NCBI GenBank assembly: GCA_963836075.1
Contig: CAWIIB010000009.1
Location: forward strand, 832,001 to 896,000
Direction of reading: 5' to 3'
From: an uncultured Acidobacteriota bacterium
Lineage (GTDB): Bacteria; Acidobacteriota; JAQAZP01
Length of the DNA stretch: 64,000 nt
Both the position numbers and the translations under genes were made by a program. Shown here one piece after another: positions 9,988 to 21,705 of the stretch (positions are counted from its first letter, which is position 1; each line of letters opens with the position of its first letter). A model generated the notes under the pieces. It made no database searches. It saw only the letters and a list, made by a program, of their open reading frames with translations, and was not told where the DNA came from.

Positions 9988-10689
9988 GTGAGCGCCGCAT
10001 CCCATTCGCTGCCCGACTGTGCCGTCTGCCCCGTGCCCCTCGAAAAACGGGTCTGCCGCAACCCAGAGGGAAAGGGCCCGGCCGGCTGCCCCTGCAAGAC
10101 CTACGGCGAGACCGCCGATGCGGTGGCGTCGATATACGACCAGCCCGAGATCCGGGAGTTCGCCCGCCATGCTTCGCTCCAGGAGGCCGAGGGATACATG
10201 GGCGGCAAGCCGGGGGAAGGCCCCCGGCGTCCGGCCAAACCGCGGGTGCTGGAGATCGCCGAGTTCGCCTGCCGGCTGGGCCGCGGCCCCATCGGCCTCG
10301 CCTTCTGCTCCGGCCTGCGCAACGAGGCCCGGCTGGCGGCCGATCTGTGGCGGGGGATGGGCCTGGAGGTAGTCTCGGTGATCTGCAAGGTGGGCACGGT
10401 GCCCAAGGAGAGCCTGGGCCTGACCGAAGAGGAGAAGATCAATCCGGGGTCTCCCGAGTCGATGTGCAACCCGGTGGGCCAGGCGCTGCTGCTCGACCGC
10501 GCCGGCACCGGGCTCAACGTGGCCCTCGGGCTCTGTGTGGGCCACGACGCCCTGTTCTTCCAGTTTTCCAAAGCCCCGGTCACCGTGCTGGCGGCCAAGG
10601 ACCGCCTGTTTGGTCACAACCCGCTGGCCGCGCTGAGTACCCTTGATTCCTACAGCTCCTGGCTGCGCGAGATCCGGCTCGGGAAGTGA
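9988..10689 (+). CDS. DUF1847-family Cys-rich metal-binding protein
   Basis: RBS GAGGAGG before GTG; IGLAFCSGL, SVICKVG, MCNPVGQA, GLCVGHD, AKDRxxGHNP motifs. Confidence 0.85.
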   Translation: MSAASHSLPDCAVCPVPLEKRVCRNPEGKGPAGCPCKTYGETADAVASIYDQPEIREFARHASLQEAEGYMGGKPGEGPRRPAKPRVLEIAEFACRLGRGPIGLAFCSGLRNEARLAADLWRGMGLEVVSVICKVGTVPKESLGLTEEEKINPGSPESMCNPVGQALLLDRAGTGLNVALGLCVGHDALFFQFSKAPVTVLAAKDRLFGHNPLAALSTLDSYSSWLREIRLGK

Positions 10690-10712
10690 TCCCGTTCGAT
10701 GCGCGTAAAACA

Positions 10713-10753
10713 GGTGACAGTCACCATTTATTCAGAAATAGGTGACTGTCACC
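10713..10753. repeat. Inverted REP-like doublet
   Basis: GGTGACAGTCACC (10713-10725) and its exact reverse complement GGTGACTGTCACC (10741-10753). Confidence 0.75.
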
Positions 10754-10889
10754 GCTTCCTGAGCCGTCGGACCGGGACCGATTCGCCGCACCCCTTGTTT
10801 CAGCCCACGCTAACTATTCTTTGGTCGTCTCCGCACCCATCACTTATAATGACTCCGTCTTGCCACAATACGATAAGGAGTCGTACACC

Positions 10890-13800
10890 ATGTTCGCCAT
10901 ATTTGCCCGTTCCGCCCTGGCGGCCCTGACCCTGGTCATGGCGCTGGCCCTTTCCATCCCCGCGGCAGCCGACCAGAGCCCGACACCGCAGATCATCCCC
11001 GTGCAGGGGTCCGACACGCTGGTCAAACTCATGCCCGGCGGGGAAGCCTACCAGGTGAGCCTGGACAGCGGGGAGCAGTTCAGCCGCACCCTGCCGCGAC
11101 GGCACACCATCGCGCTGCACGGCGGCTCCTTCGACCCGCTCTCCGCTGACATCGGTGCCCGGAGTCTGGAGATCCCCGGGAAGCTGCGGGCCGCCACCGA
11201 CAGCAGGGCCTATATCGTGCAGTTCGTCACCCCGCCGCTGCCGGCCTACCGTGAAGCGATCCGCCGCCTGGGCGGCACCACCCACCAGTTCGTGCCCCAC
11301 CAGGCACTTCTGGTGCGGATCGACCCCGGCCGGCTGGCCGAGCTCACCGCCCTGCCCTTTGTGCGCTGGGCCGGCCCCTGGCACCCTGCTTTCCGGCTGG
11401 AGGGCGTGCTGGTGGAGATGCTCGCCGCGGAGAAAGCCGACCCGGCGCCCCGGCGCTACTCGATCATGGCCCTGGAACGGGGCCCGGCCATGCAGCAGTC
11501 GCTGGCCGAGCGGATCGAGCTGTCCGGCGGCACGGTGGAGTTGACCATCCCCGAGGGCTTCCGCCTGGAGGCCACCCTCACCCCGGACCAGCTGCTGCAG
11601 TTGACCCGCTCGGACGAAGTGCTGTTCATCGACCGCTGGAGCCCGCCGGAACCGGACATGAACAACGCCCGCGAAATCGGTGGGGCCAACCACATCGAGA
11701 CGGTGGCCGGCTACACCGGCCAGGGTGTGCGGGCCGAAGTGATGGACGGCGGGTGCCGTACCACTCACCAGGACTTCCAGAGCAATCCGCCGATCTACCA
11801 TGGGGCCACCTGGTCCGATTTCTATCACGGCACCCAGACCTTCGGTATCAACTTCGGCGACGGCACCGGCAACCCCAACGCCCGGGGCATGCTGCCCGAT
11901 GCCCAGGGGATCTTCGCCAGCTACAACCGCCTGACCAACCGCTACACCCACACCGCCCGGCTCGTCGATCCGGAAGGGGATTACCGGGCGGTGTTCCAGT
12001 CCAACAGCTGGGGAAACAGCACGACCACCACCTACGACACGTATTCAGCCGAGATTGACGACATCCTCTTTCTCAACGACATCGTGATCACCCAGTCCCA
12101 GAGCAATACGGGCAATCGCTCTTCACGGCCCCAGGCCTGGGCCAAGAACATCGTTTCGGTGGGCGCGGTCTACCATCACAACACCCTGACCCGCGACGAC
12201 GACGAGTGGTCGTACGGGGCCAGCATCGGCCCGGCCGCCGACGGCCGGATCAAGCCCGACCTCTGCCACTTCTACGACGACACCCTGACCACCGGGTATC
12301 CAGCGACACCTCGTACGACACCGGCTTCGGCGGCACCAGCGGCGCCACACCGATCACCGCCGGCCACTTCGGCCTGCTGTTCCAGATGTGGGCCGACGGC
12401 ATCTTCACCGGCAACCCGGGGGCGGGTGCGGATGTCTTCGACAGCCGGCCGCACATGACCACGGCCAAGGCGCTGATGATCAACACCGCCAGCCCCTACG
12501 ACTTCAGCGGCGACGACCACGACCTGACCCGGGTGCACCAGGGCTGGGGCCTGGCCCACGTGGGCGACCTCTACGACCAGGCCGAGGCGAGCAACTGGCG
12601 GCTGCCGCTGGTGATCGACGAGACCGAGGTGATCGAACCCTTCCAGGTTCACAGCTATGACCTGGCGGTGAGCGGGACGGGAGCCTGGTTCAAGGTGACC
12701 ATGGTCTACGCCGACCCCATGGGCAACCCGGGCGGCGGTCTGGCCCGGATCAACGACCTTTCGCTGCGGGTGACCGGGCCTGACGGCGAGTACTTCGGCA
12801 ACCGCGGTCTGCGCACCGGGAACTGGTCCGAAGATGTGGGTGACTTCCCCAACGACTTCGACACGGTGGAGAATGTCTTCCTCCAGAATCCGACCCCCGG
12901 CCAGTGGCGCATCGAGATCATGGCCGACGAGATCATCGAGGACGGTCACCCCGAGACCACTGAGCTGGACGCCGACTACGCGCTGGTGGTCACCGGCCCG
13001 GTGCAGATTGCCGGATTCGGCGCACCCACCATCCTGGTTGGACCGGGCTCCAAGCCGACCAACGCCACCGCGGTGCGCGGCTACTCCACCACCGGTGAAG
13101 CCAATCCCGATATCGATTTCGACGCCTACCCGACGGTGGAGGGCTACGGCACCAACGTGGCCGCCGGCGACATCGAGGGCAGCGGGTTCGACGTGATCGT
13201 CACCGGACCGGGGCCCGGGCCGGTGAACCCGCCGCTGGTGCGCGCCTTTGCCGGCGACGGCACCGCCATCCCCGGGATGGAGTTCCTGGCCTACGGCGTG
13301 GAATCCTACGGGGTCAACGTCGCCTGCGGCGACCTGGACGGCGACGGCATCGACGAGATGGTCACCGGTCCCGGACCGGGGGCGATCTTCGGCCCTCACG
13401 TCCGCGGCTGGAGTGCAGCCGGCGGCAGCGTTGCGTCGATGCCCGGCGTCAACTTCTTTGCCTACGGCACCCTGAAGTACGGCGCCAACGTGGCCTGCGC
13501 CGACATCGACGGTGACGGCATGGACGAGATCATCACCGGCGCCGGGCCGGGAGCGGTCTTCGGGCCCCACGTCCGCGGCTGGAACTATGACGGCGGCACC
13601 CTGGCCTCCATACCCGGGGTGAGCTACTTCGCCTACGGCACCCTCAAGTGGGGGGTCAACGTGGTTGGCGCCGACATCGACGGTGACGGCATCGACGAGA
13701 TGGTCACCGGCGCCGGGCCGGGAGCGGTCTTCGGGCCCCACGTGCGCGGCTGGAACTACGACGGTACCGCGCTGGCCTCGATCCCCGGGGTGAGCTTCTT

Positions 13801-14032
13801 TGCCTACGGCACCAACGAGTATGGGGTGCGGGTCTCCTGCGGCGACGTGGACGGCGACGGCATGGACGAGATCATCACCTCGCCCGGCCCGGGGCCGGCC
13901 TTTGCGGCGCACATCCGCGGCTGGAACTATGACGGGATGACCCTGGAGTCCATCCCCTCGCTCAACTTCCTCGCCTTCGCCGACACCAACTTCCGCCGCG
14001 GCGCCAGCACGGCGGTGGCCATGCTGGAGTAG
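10890..14032 (+). CDS. Secreted S8 subtilase with C-terminal FG-GAP-like propeller module; frameshifted near 12298
   Basis: Signal peptide; triad VMDGG / HGTQTFG / GTSGATP split over ORFs 10821..12458 and 12206..14032 by one missing base; five DxDGDG-type repeats at the C-terminus. Confidence 0.82.
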
Positions 14033-14049
14033 AACAGTTCCGGTAACCG

Positions 14050-16512
14050 ATGGTGAGGGACGTGCCAGCACAGCGATCCAGACGGGGGGATGTTCGGCGG
14101 AGCATCCACCTCGGATTGCTGGTGCTGGCCATCACCCTCCTCTTTCTTCCTGCCTGCCGTGAAGAACCGGCACCCGCCCCCGACCCCGGCGGATCAGCCC
14201 CCTCCGGATACATCCCCCTTGCCCCGCTGATGAAGATGACCGCCGGGCCGCTGCTCGACAATGAGATCGCTCCCCTCCAGCCCCGCCTGCTCCACGCCGC
14301 CGAACGCCGCGACGACGAGACCGTGATCAGCGGCCGGATCATCCGCCCGGAGTGGTATGCCTACGACCCGGATCACGGACCGCAGGCCATGGATCATCCG
14401 GCCGGAACCCCGGGGATGCTGCCGCTGGACCCGGAAGAGACCGGCCGGGCCTTCCTGATGACCAGCCAGATCAAGTTCGCCGAGGTGGACCTGGTGGCGA
14501 TCGATATCTCCTGCGAGCAGCAGGGACTGCTCTCCTTTGTCTGGGACAACGAGGCATTTCCCCGGGGGGAGCTGCCCAGCAGCTACCTCTTCAGCCTTGA
14601 CGGCCGGCCCGGCACCCGGGAATACCTGGTGCCGGTGCACGCCATGCCCAACTGGATCGGCCGGGCCCGCTGGTTCGGGCTGCAGGCGCTGGAGCTTGAA
14701 CAGCCGGCGGTGATCCACGCCATCCGCTTCCTCGAGGCCGGGCCCGCGGTTCGCCAGGCGATGCAGCAAGCCCGAGGGGAAACACCGTCGGGCCGGCTGG
14801 TGCTGGGGGATGAGAGCCGCCCGGCATTCCACGCCCCCAGCGGCACGGTGTACGAGGTGGAGACGGAAGTCCCCCAGGGTGCACTGCTGCACACCGGGTA
14901 TGGCTTCTTCCCCGATGTCTGGCGCAAGCAGCAGCGAGGCGTGATCTTCCGGGTGGAAGCGCTGACCGAGGGGGATGGCCAGAGCCGGGTCCTGCTGGAC
15001 AGGTTTCTCGACCCCAAAGACTGGATCGGGTCGAGGCTCTGGCAGGACGAACAGCTCGACCTCGGGGAGCTGGCCGGCCGGAGTGTGACCCTGCGCTTCT
15101 CCACCCTGCTGCCGGAGCCCGGCGAGGGGGACGAAGAAAAGCCGGCGCCCGGGCCGCTGGACAACTATGCCGCCTGGAGCCCGCCGGCCCTGGTGGTGCA
15201 CGGCTCCCGGAACCTCGAAGCTCGGCGCAACGTCATCGTCTGGCTGGTGGACGCCCTGCGCGCCGACCGGCTCTCGGCCTACGGTGCGGACCGCCGCACC
15301 TCGCCGCACCTCGACCGCCTGGTGCGTGAGGGGCTGCTCTTCACCCGGCCCCGGGCCCAGGCCTCCTGGACCGCGGCCTCCACCGGCTCGCTGTTCACCG
15401 CCCTCTACCCCTCGCGCCACGGCGCCGAGCGGGAGAAGCAGCGGCTGCTCCCCGGCTGCGTCACCCTGGCCGAACGGCTGGAAGCCGCCGGCTTCTTCAC
15501 CATGGGCCTGGTGGCCAACGGCCACGTGAAACCGCTGATGAACTTCGACCAGGGCTTTGACCGCTACGCCTTCCTCCGCGGCCGCGGCGACCCGCCCCAC
15601 GCCGCCGCCGACCTGGTGCTCCAGCACCTGCGCCCCATGCTGGAGCAGGCCGCCGACAAACCGTTTTACCTCTACGTGCACAGCGTCGACCCCCACGGGC
15701 CGTATAGTCCGCTGGCGCCCTACGACTCGCTTTTCACACCGTCGGGTTACGAAGGGACGATCGACGGCAGCTATCAGCCAGACGACTTCCGCGGCCGGCC
15801 GCTGGACCAGGTGAGCGAGGCGGACCTGGCCCAGCTGAAGGGGCTCTACGACGGCGAGATCGCCTGGAGCGACCTGCACCTGGGGATGCTGGTGGCCGAG
15901 CTGCGCCAACTGGGCCTGCTGGAGAAGACGCTGATCCTGGTCACCGGCGACCACGGCGAGGAGTTCCTCGACCACGGAGGCTGGGACCACGCCCGGACGC
16001 TCTACAGCGAACAGCTGCGGGTGCCGCTGGCCGGACGGCTGCCAATTGACGCACGGCAGGACCACCCCGCCGGCAGCGTGATTCATGAACCGGCCCGTCT
16101 GGTGGACATCTACCCCTCGGTGCTCGACTTTCTCGGGGTGGCGTCCAGCCCGGACCAGCTGGCCGGTCTGGACGGCCGGTCGTTTTTCACCGGGGCGGAG
16201 GTCGGCAGGACCGGCGAAGGGGAGCGCCTGCTCTTCAGCGAGGAGAACAAGGCCGAGGACCTGCTCTTCTCAGTGGAGCAGGGCCGCTACAAGCTGATCC
16301 GCCGGCTGAAGCCCGAACCCGGGGACGAGCTCTACGACCTGCAGGCCGACCCGGGGGAGACACGCGACATCGCCGCCGATTACCCCGAGCTGGCAGAGCG
16401 CCTGGCCGAAGCCGGTGAAGAGATCCGCCGCCGTCGATCACCGGAGCGGCAGGCCGTGGAACTGGACCAGGCCACCCGGGAGGAGCTCCGGGCCCTGGGC
16501 TACATGGAGTAG
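14050..16512 (+). CDS. Sulfatase-like (alkaline phosphatase superfamily) lipoprotein with long N-terminal extension
   Basis: Lipobox-like LFLPAC; NVIVWLVDALRAD, SWTAAS, DPHGPY, GDHGEEF, ELYDL..DP.E, C-terminal LRALGY. Confidence 0.85.
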   Translation: MVRDVPAQRSRRGDVRRSIHLGLLVLAITLLFLPACREEPAPAPDPGGSAPSGYIPLAPLMKMTAGPLLDNEIAPLQPRLLHAAERRDDETVISGRIIRPEWYAYDPDHGPQAMDHPAGTPGMLPLDPEETGRAFLMTSQIKFAEVDLVAIDISCEQQGLLSFVWDNEAFPRGELPSSYLFSLDGRPGTREYLVPVHAMPNWIGRARWFGLQALELEQPAVIHAIRFLEAGPAVRQAMQQARGETPSGRLVLGDESRPAFHAPSGTVYEVETEVPQGALLHTGYGFFPDVWRKQQRGVIFRVEALTEGDGQSRVLLDRFLDPKDWIGSRLWQDEQLDLGELAGRSVTLRFSTLLPEPGEGDEEKPAPGPLDNYAAWSPPALVVHGSRNLEARRNVIVWLVDALRADRLSAYGADRRTSPHLDRLVREGLLFTRPRAQASWTAASTGSLFTALYPSRHGAEREKQRLLPGCVTLAERLEAAGFFTMGLVANGHVKPLMNFDQGFDRYAFLRGRGDPPHAAADLVLQHLRPMLEQAADKPFYLYVHSVDPHGPYSPLAPYDSLFTPSGYEGTIDGSYQPDDFRGRPLDQVSEADLAQLKGLYDGEIAWSDLHLGMLVAELRQLGLLEKTLILVTGDHGEEFLDHGGWDHARTLYSEQLRVPLAGRLPIDARQDHPAGSVIHEPARLVDIYPSVLDFLGVASSPDQLAGLDGRSFFTGAEVGRTGEGERLLFSEENKAEDLLFSVEQGRYKLIRRLKPEPGDELYDLQADPGETRDIAADYPELAERLAEAGEEIRRRRSPERQAVELDQATREELRALGYME

Positions 16513-16611
16513 AGCTCGCCGCGTACCCCCTTTTTCCTTTTCATGGACAATCCATTCCGGTAGCATTGCCGAAAAGGGCGTGGTGCGCCCTCCACCTCTT
16601 CGGGGGTAAAC

Positions 16612-19146
16612 ATGAAAAGACTGCTGACGATTCTCCTGGTCCTGTCTCTTTCCTCCCTTTGCGCCAACGCGGCCACCATCCGCGTGCCGACAGACCAGCC
16701 CACCATCCAGGCCGGGATCAATGCGGCATCGGACGGCGACACGGTGCTGGTGGCCGACGGCACCTACACCGGCTATGGGAACTGGGACATCAGTTTCGCC
16801 GGCAAAGCGATCATCCTCCGTTCGGAGAACGGACCACAGAACTGCATCGTCGATGCCAATGGCAAGGACCAGGTGTTCCGCATCTTCCGGGGTGAAACCA
16901 GGGGCACTGTTGTCAGCGGGCTGAAGATCATCGGCGCGAATCATTGGGGGATTGAGATCATCGACTCATCCCCGACAATCCATAACTGCGTGGTGGAGGG
17001 CAACGCCAGGGGGGTCAGGATTGATACGGAGGTGTTTGATGTCACGGCCGCCCCCTCGATCCAGGGGACCCGTGTCCGCAACAACGCCCAACAGGGAATT
17101 AAAATCGAGAACTCTTTTGCTCGCATCATCGATTCAGTGATCAGCGATAACGGCATCCCCGGCTCCGCCGGATCGGGCGGGATTTACATTCATCAAAGTA
17201 CTCTCACCCTCGAGAACTGCATTGTCAAACGTAACTTCACCACGGACGACGGGGGAGGACTTTACGCCAGCGACGGAGGCTATGGGGGGGGAGGGTGTTC
17301 TGTGCGGCTGACGAACTGCACCTTTGTCGACAACATCGCCCAGGGCTACGGTGGCGGGCTCCGCAGTGGTGATGTGAGCACTGTCCGTATGGAGAACTGC
17401 ATCTTCACCGGGAACAGCGCCGGGACCGGTGACCAGCTGGCCTTCTTCAACTGGTATTACTGGCCAAGTGATATCTCGCTCCGCTACTGCGATGTGGTGG
17501 GGGAAATCTACGACGAGACCTGGGCAGATTTCGGCCCGGGAATGCTCTATGAGGACCCGCTCTTTGTCACCGGCCCGAAAGGTGCCTTCTACCTCAGCCA
17601 GACGGCCGCCGGTCAGGGTGTGAACAGCCCCTGTGTCGATGCCGGCGACCCGGAGAACCTGATGATCCGCGGCACCACCCGCACCGACTCGGTTCTGGAT
17701 GACGGGGTGGTGGACATGGGGTATCACTATCCGGATCCAGAAGAAGCGTTGTTGCCCGACACCCTGCTGCTCAGCGGCCCCGAATCACCGTACTACAATG
17801 CCTACAATGCCCGTGTCACCACCCCGGCGGTGGTCTTCAGCTTCAGCGGCATCGACCCGGATCATCAATCCCCGGATCTCAGCTACTCCTGGCGGATAAA
17901 CGACGAACCGTGGTCCGCCTGGTCCCTCAGGACCTGGGCCGCCATCGGCGGCCTGGACGACCAGAGCCCGCAGATGATGTTCGAGGTCCGGGCCCGCGAT
18001 CCCCAGGGGGATGTGGATCCCTCACCGGCACGCCAGGGCTTCTACTACTACGAACCATGGCAGCTCGATGAACTCACCCACCTGGTCATCGGACCAGGCC
18101 CCGGGCCACACAACCCCCCGCTGGTCCGCACCAGCCAGGGTGAGTGGCTGGCCTATTCGGTGATGCGCTACGGCGTCAACTTGGCCGCCGGTGATATCGA
18201 TGGTGACGGCCTCGACGAAGTGATCACCGGACCGGGGCCGGGAGCGGTCTTCGGCCCCCATGTCCGCTGTTTCCAGCCTGACGGCACAGTGGTACACAAT
18301 GCCGGCTTCATGGCCTATGGCACTCTCAAGTACGGCGTCAAGGTGGCGGCCGGTGACGTGGACGGTGACGGCTTCGACGAGATCATCACCGGGGCGGGGC
18401 CCGGTGCCGTCTTCGGCCCCCACGTGCGCGGCTGGAACTGGGACAACGGACCGGCCGCGGCCCCGATCTCCGGCATCAACTTCTTTGCCTACGGCACCCT
18501 GCGCTGGGGGGTCAACGTGGCCTGCGGCGACATCGACGGCGACGGGATCGACGAGATCATCACCGGCGCCGGCCCTGGTGTGGAGTTCAGGCCGCACGTG
18601 CGCGGCTGGAACTTCGACGGCAGCGGGACCTCCCCGGTGAGCGGCGCGAGCTACTTCGCTTTTCCTGCGCTTCAATGGGGGGTCACCGTGGCCTGCGGCG
18701 ACATCGACGGCGACGGGCGGGACGCGATCATCACCGGCCTCGGTCCCGGGTACGATTGCGCCGCCCGTGTTCGTGCCTGGGATTACAGCAATGGCGACAT
18801 CACGCTGGTGGAGCACTACGATTTCTTTGCCTACGACTACCCCCACTTCGGCACCGTGGTGGCCGCATCTACCCTCACCGGTGGCGGCACGGACGATATC
18901 GTCACCATGCCCGGCCCCGGTCCATTGTGCAGCGCCCGGCTGGAAGCCTGGCATTTGTATGGCAGCACCGTCCAGCCTCACGGAGTTCCCTGGGGCAGGG
19001 ATTTCCTCGACAGCTGGATGACCCACGGAGGAAGCGTGGCCGGCTCTAAAAAGGGTTGGACGTGGGGGGGCGACCAGCAGAATGCCATGTCGCTTCATCT
19101 GCCTGTCGGTGATGGGCCATATCGGGAGGAGCTCGAACATGAATAG
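16612..19146 (+). CDS. Secreted right-handed parallel beta-helix protein with Ig-like linker and FG-GAP-like C-terminal module
   Basis: Signal peptide; TIRVPxDQPTIQAGI..GDTVLVADGTY cap; xNCxxxxN..GGG helix repeats; five Ca-loop repeats. Confidence 0.8.
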   Translation: MKRLLTILLVLSLSSLCANAATIRVPTDQPTIQAGINAASDGDTVLVADGTYTGYGNWDISFAGKAIILRSENGPQNCIVDANGKDQVFRIFRGETRGTVVSGLKIIGANHWGIEIIDSSPTIHNCVVEGNARGVRIDTEVFDVTAAPSIQGTRVRNNAQQGIKIENSFARIIDSVISDNGIPGSAGSGGIYIHQSTLTLENCIVKRNFTTDDGGGLYASDGGYGGGGCSVRLTNCTFVDNIAQGYGGGLRSGDVSTVRMENCIFTGNSAGTGDQLAFFNWYYWPSDISLRYCDVVGEIYDETWADFGPGMLYEDPLFVTGPKGAFYLSQTAAGQGVNSPCVDAGDPENLMIRGTTRTDSVLDDGVVDMGYHYPDPEEALLPDTLLLSGPESPYYNAYNARVTTPAVVFSFSGIDPDHQSPDLSYSWRINDEPWSAWSLRTWAAIGGLDDQSPQMMFEVRARDPQGDVDPSPARQGFYYYEPWQLDELTHLVIGPGPGPHNPPLVRTSQGEWLAYSVMRYGVNLAAGDIDGDGLDEVITGPGPGAVFGPHVRCFQPDGTVVHNAGFMAYGTLKYGVKVAAGDVDGDGFDEIITGAGPGAVFGPHVRGWNWDNGPAAAPISGINFFAYGTLRWGVNVACGDIDGDGIDEIITGAGPGVEFRPHVRGWNFDGSGTSPVSGASYFAFPALQWGVTVACGDIDGDGRDAIITGLGPGYDCAARVRAWDYSNGDITLVEHYDFFAYDYPHFGTVVAASTLTGGGTDDIVTMPGPGPLCSARLEAWHLYGSTVQPHGVPWGRDFLDSWMTHGGSVAGSKKGWTWGGDQQNAMSLHLPVGDGPYREELEHE

Positions 19147-21571
19147 ACTGCTGACGATCCTCGTCGCCCTGGCGCTCTCCTCCCTCTGCGCTTCCGCCGC
19201 CACCATCCGCGTGCCGGCGGACCAGCCCACCATCCAGGCCGGCATCGACGCGGCGGTGGACGGTGACACGGTGCTGCTGGCCGACGGCCGCTACACCGGC
19301 GAGGGGAACCGGGGCATCGAGTTTCACGGCAAGGCGATCACCCTCCGCTCGGAGAACGGCCCGGTGAACTGCATCGTCGACGCGGAGTTCGTGGAGGAGT
19401 GGGACGAGGACGTCGTCCTCTCCTTCAGTGAGAACGAAGGCCGGAACACGGTGGTGGACGGGCTGACAATTACCGGGGGATTCAGGTGGGGAATCTACGT
19501 TAGCGATCCCGCCCTTCAACCCTCTCCGATCATTCGCAACTGCATCATTACCGGGAACAACAACGGCCTCGGTCTCGGTTACGGCTGACCGCTGGTGGAG
19601 ACCACCCGGGTGGTGGAGAACTTCGGCAATGGCATCTCTTCCAGTGGCGACAGTCACATCGTCGACTGTGTGATCAAGGACAACGGTGGCTCCGGGATCA
19701 AATGTTACGGATCCGGCAGGCTGGTGGAAAACTGTCTGATCGCGGAGAACGGGTCCGACGGCCTGGGCGGCGGGATCGAGAGCAGGTGGGGCGAGTCGAT
19801 CTTTCGCAACTGCACCATCGTCGGCAACAGCGCCGAAACCGGGGGCGGCCTGCTCATCTGGCGCGACGGATCAATCATCCTGGAGAACTGCATCGTGGCC
19901 GGCAACAGCGCCAGCGACCTGGGCGACCAGTGCGCCCTGCTGGTGGACTACTACAGTTACTACACCTATGCCGGCAGCCTGACCCTCAACCACAGCGACG
20001 TGCACGGGGAGATCCATGTCGATCCCTGGTGCGACCTCTTCACCGGTCCGGGGGTGATCGACGAGGACCCGCTCCTTGTCAGCATCCCCTGGGGCGGCTA
20101 CTACCTGAGCCAGGTGGCCGCCGGTCAGGGTGCGGACAGCCCCTGTGTCGACAGCGGCAACCCGCAAACGGAGATGGTCCACGGCACCACCCGCACCGAC
20201 TGGGCCCAGGACGACGGAACCGTCGACATGGGCTACCACTACCGGGACCCGGACGAGGGCCCCCTGCCCGACACGATCGTCACCAGCGGCCCAAAGCACT
20301 GTTCAGGGGTGAGGGTCCCGGCGGTCACCTTCGCTTTCACCAGCACAGACGAGGAGTATCCCCCCTCGGATCTCGACTACTCCTGGCGGCTGAACGACGG
20401 GCCCTGGTCCGACTGGTCATCCAACACCTGGATCGCGTTCACCGAAACGGTGCTGGAATCCTGGAACCACTTCGAGGTGCGGGCCCGTGATCCCGAGGGG
20501 GACATCGACCCGATCCCAGCGGAGCAGATTTTTTCTCAGCACGACAACTGGCCCGAAGAGCGGTATACCCGTCTCGCCGTGGGGCCCGGCCCCGGGCCGT
20601 TCAACCCCCCGGTGGTGCGGACCAGCCTCGATCAGTGGCTGGCCTACGGGGTGATGCGCTACGGGGTGAACCTGGCCGCCGGCAACATCGACGGTGACGG
20701 CCCCGACGAGCTGATCACCGGGCCGGGGCCGGGGGCGGTGTTCGGCCCCCATGTCCGCTGTTTCCGCGGCGACGGCACGGTGATCAGCGGCGCCGGCTTC
20801 CTGGCCTACGGCACCAACAAGTATGGCGTCATCGTGGCCGCCGGCGACGTGGAGGGGGACGGCTACGACGAGATCATCACCGGCGCGGGCCCGGGTGCCG
20901 TCTTCGGGCCCCACGTCCGGGGCTGGAACTGGGACGGCGGCCCGGCGGTCCAGCCGATGAACGGCATCAGCTTCTTTGCCTACGGCACCCTGACGTGGGG
21001 GGTCAACGTGGCCTGCGGCGACATCGACGGCGACGGCCGGGACGAGATCATCACCGGCGCCGGGCCCGGCGCGGTATTCGGCCCCCACGTCCGCGGCTGG
21101 AGCTACGACGACGGCGAAACCGCACCCATGGCCGGAACCAGCTTCTTTGCCTATGACACGCCCAGTTTCGGGGTCAACGTGGCCTGCGGCGACCTGGATG
21201 CCGACGGCATCGACGAGATCATCACCGGCGCCGGACCGGGCCCCACCTTCGCTTCCCACGTCCGGGCCTGGCGTTATGACGGCGCAACCGTATTCAGAAT
21301 GCCGCACGTCGACTACATCGCCTACGAGGACCTGCGCTTCGGTGTGGTGGTGAGCGCCGCCGACGTGGACGGGGACGGCCGGGACGAGATCCTCACCATG
21401 CCCGGGCCGGGGCCCGTGAACCAGGCCTGGCTGCGGGCCTGGGACGTGGAAAGCGGCACGGTATCCATGACCGGCTACCCCTGGGACTGGAACTTCCTCG
21501 ATGACTGGCTGACCCATGGCGGCCACGTGGCCGGGTCGAAGAACGGCTGGGCGCCGCCTGAAAACAAGTAG
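19139..21571 (+). pseudogene. Tandem paralog of 16612..19146 interrupted by an in-frame TGA at 19586-19588
   Basis: ORFs 19082..19588 and 19595..21571 are in the same frame, separated only by TGA CCG CTG; same domain order as the upstream paralog. Confidence 0.75.
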
Positions 21572-21590
21572 TATCCCGTAGCGGTTCATC
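21570..21590. repeat. 21-bp direct repeat, copy 1 (displaced 3' end of the DUF2284 gene)
   Basis: AGTATCCCGTAGCGGTTCATC identical to 23688-23708; the minus strand reads MNRYGILLV in both places. Confidence 0.85.
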
Positions 21591-21705
21591 CCCGTATAAT
21601 GAACTCAAGACCGCTCGTCCAGGGGAAGCAGATCACGAACCGCTATCCCTGGACCTCAGTGAAACCGTGCGCTCTCATCACGGCCACGTCATATCGGAGG
21701 GATGC

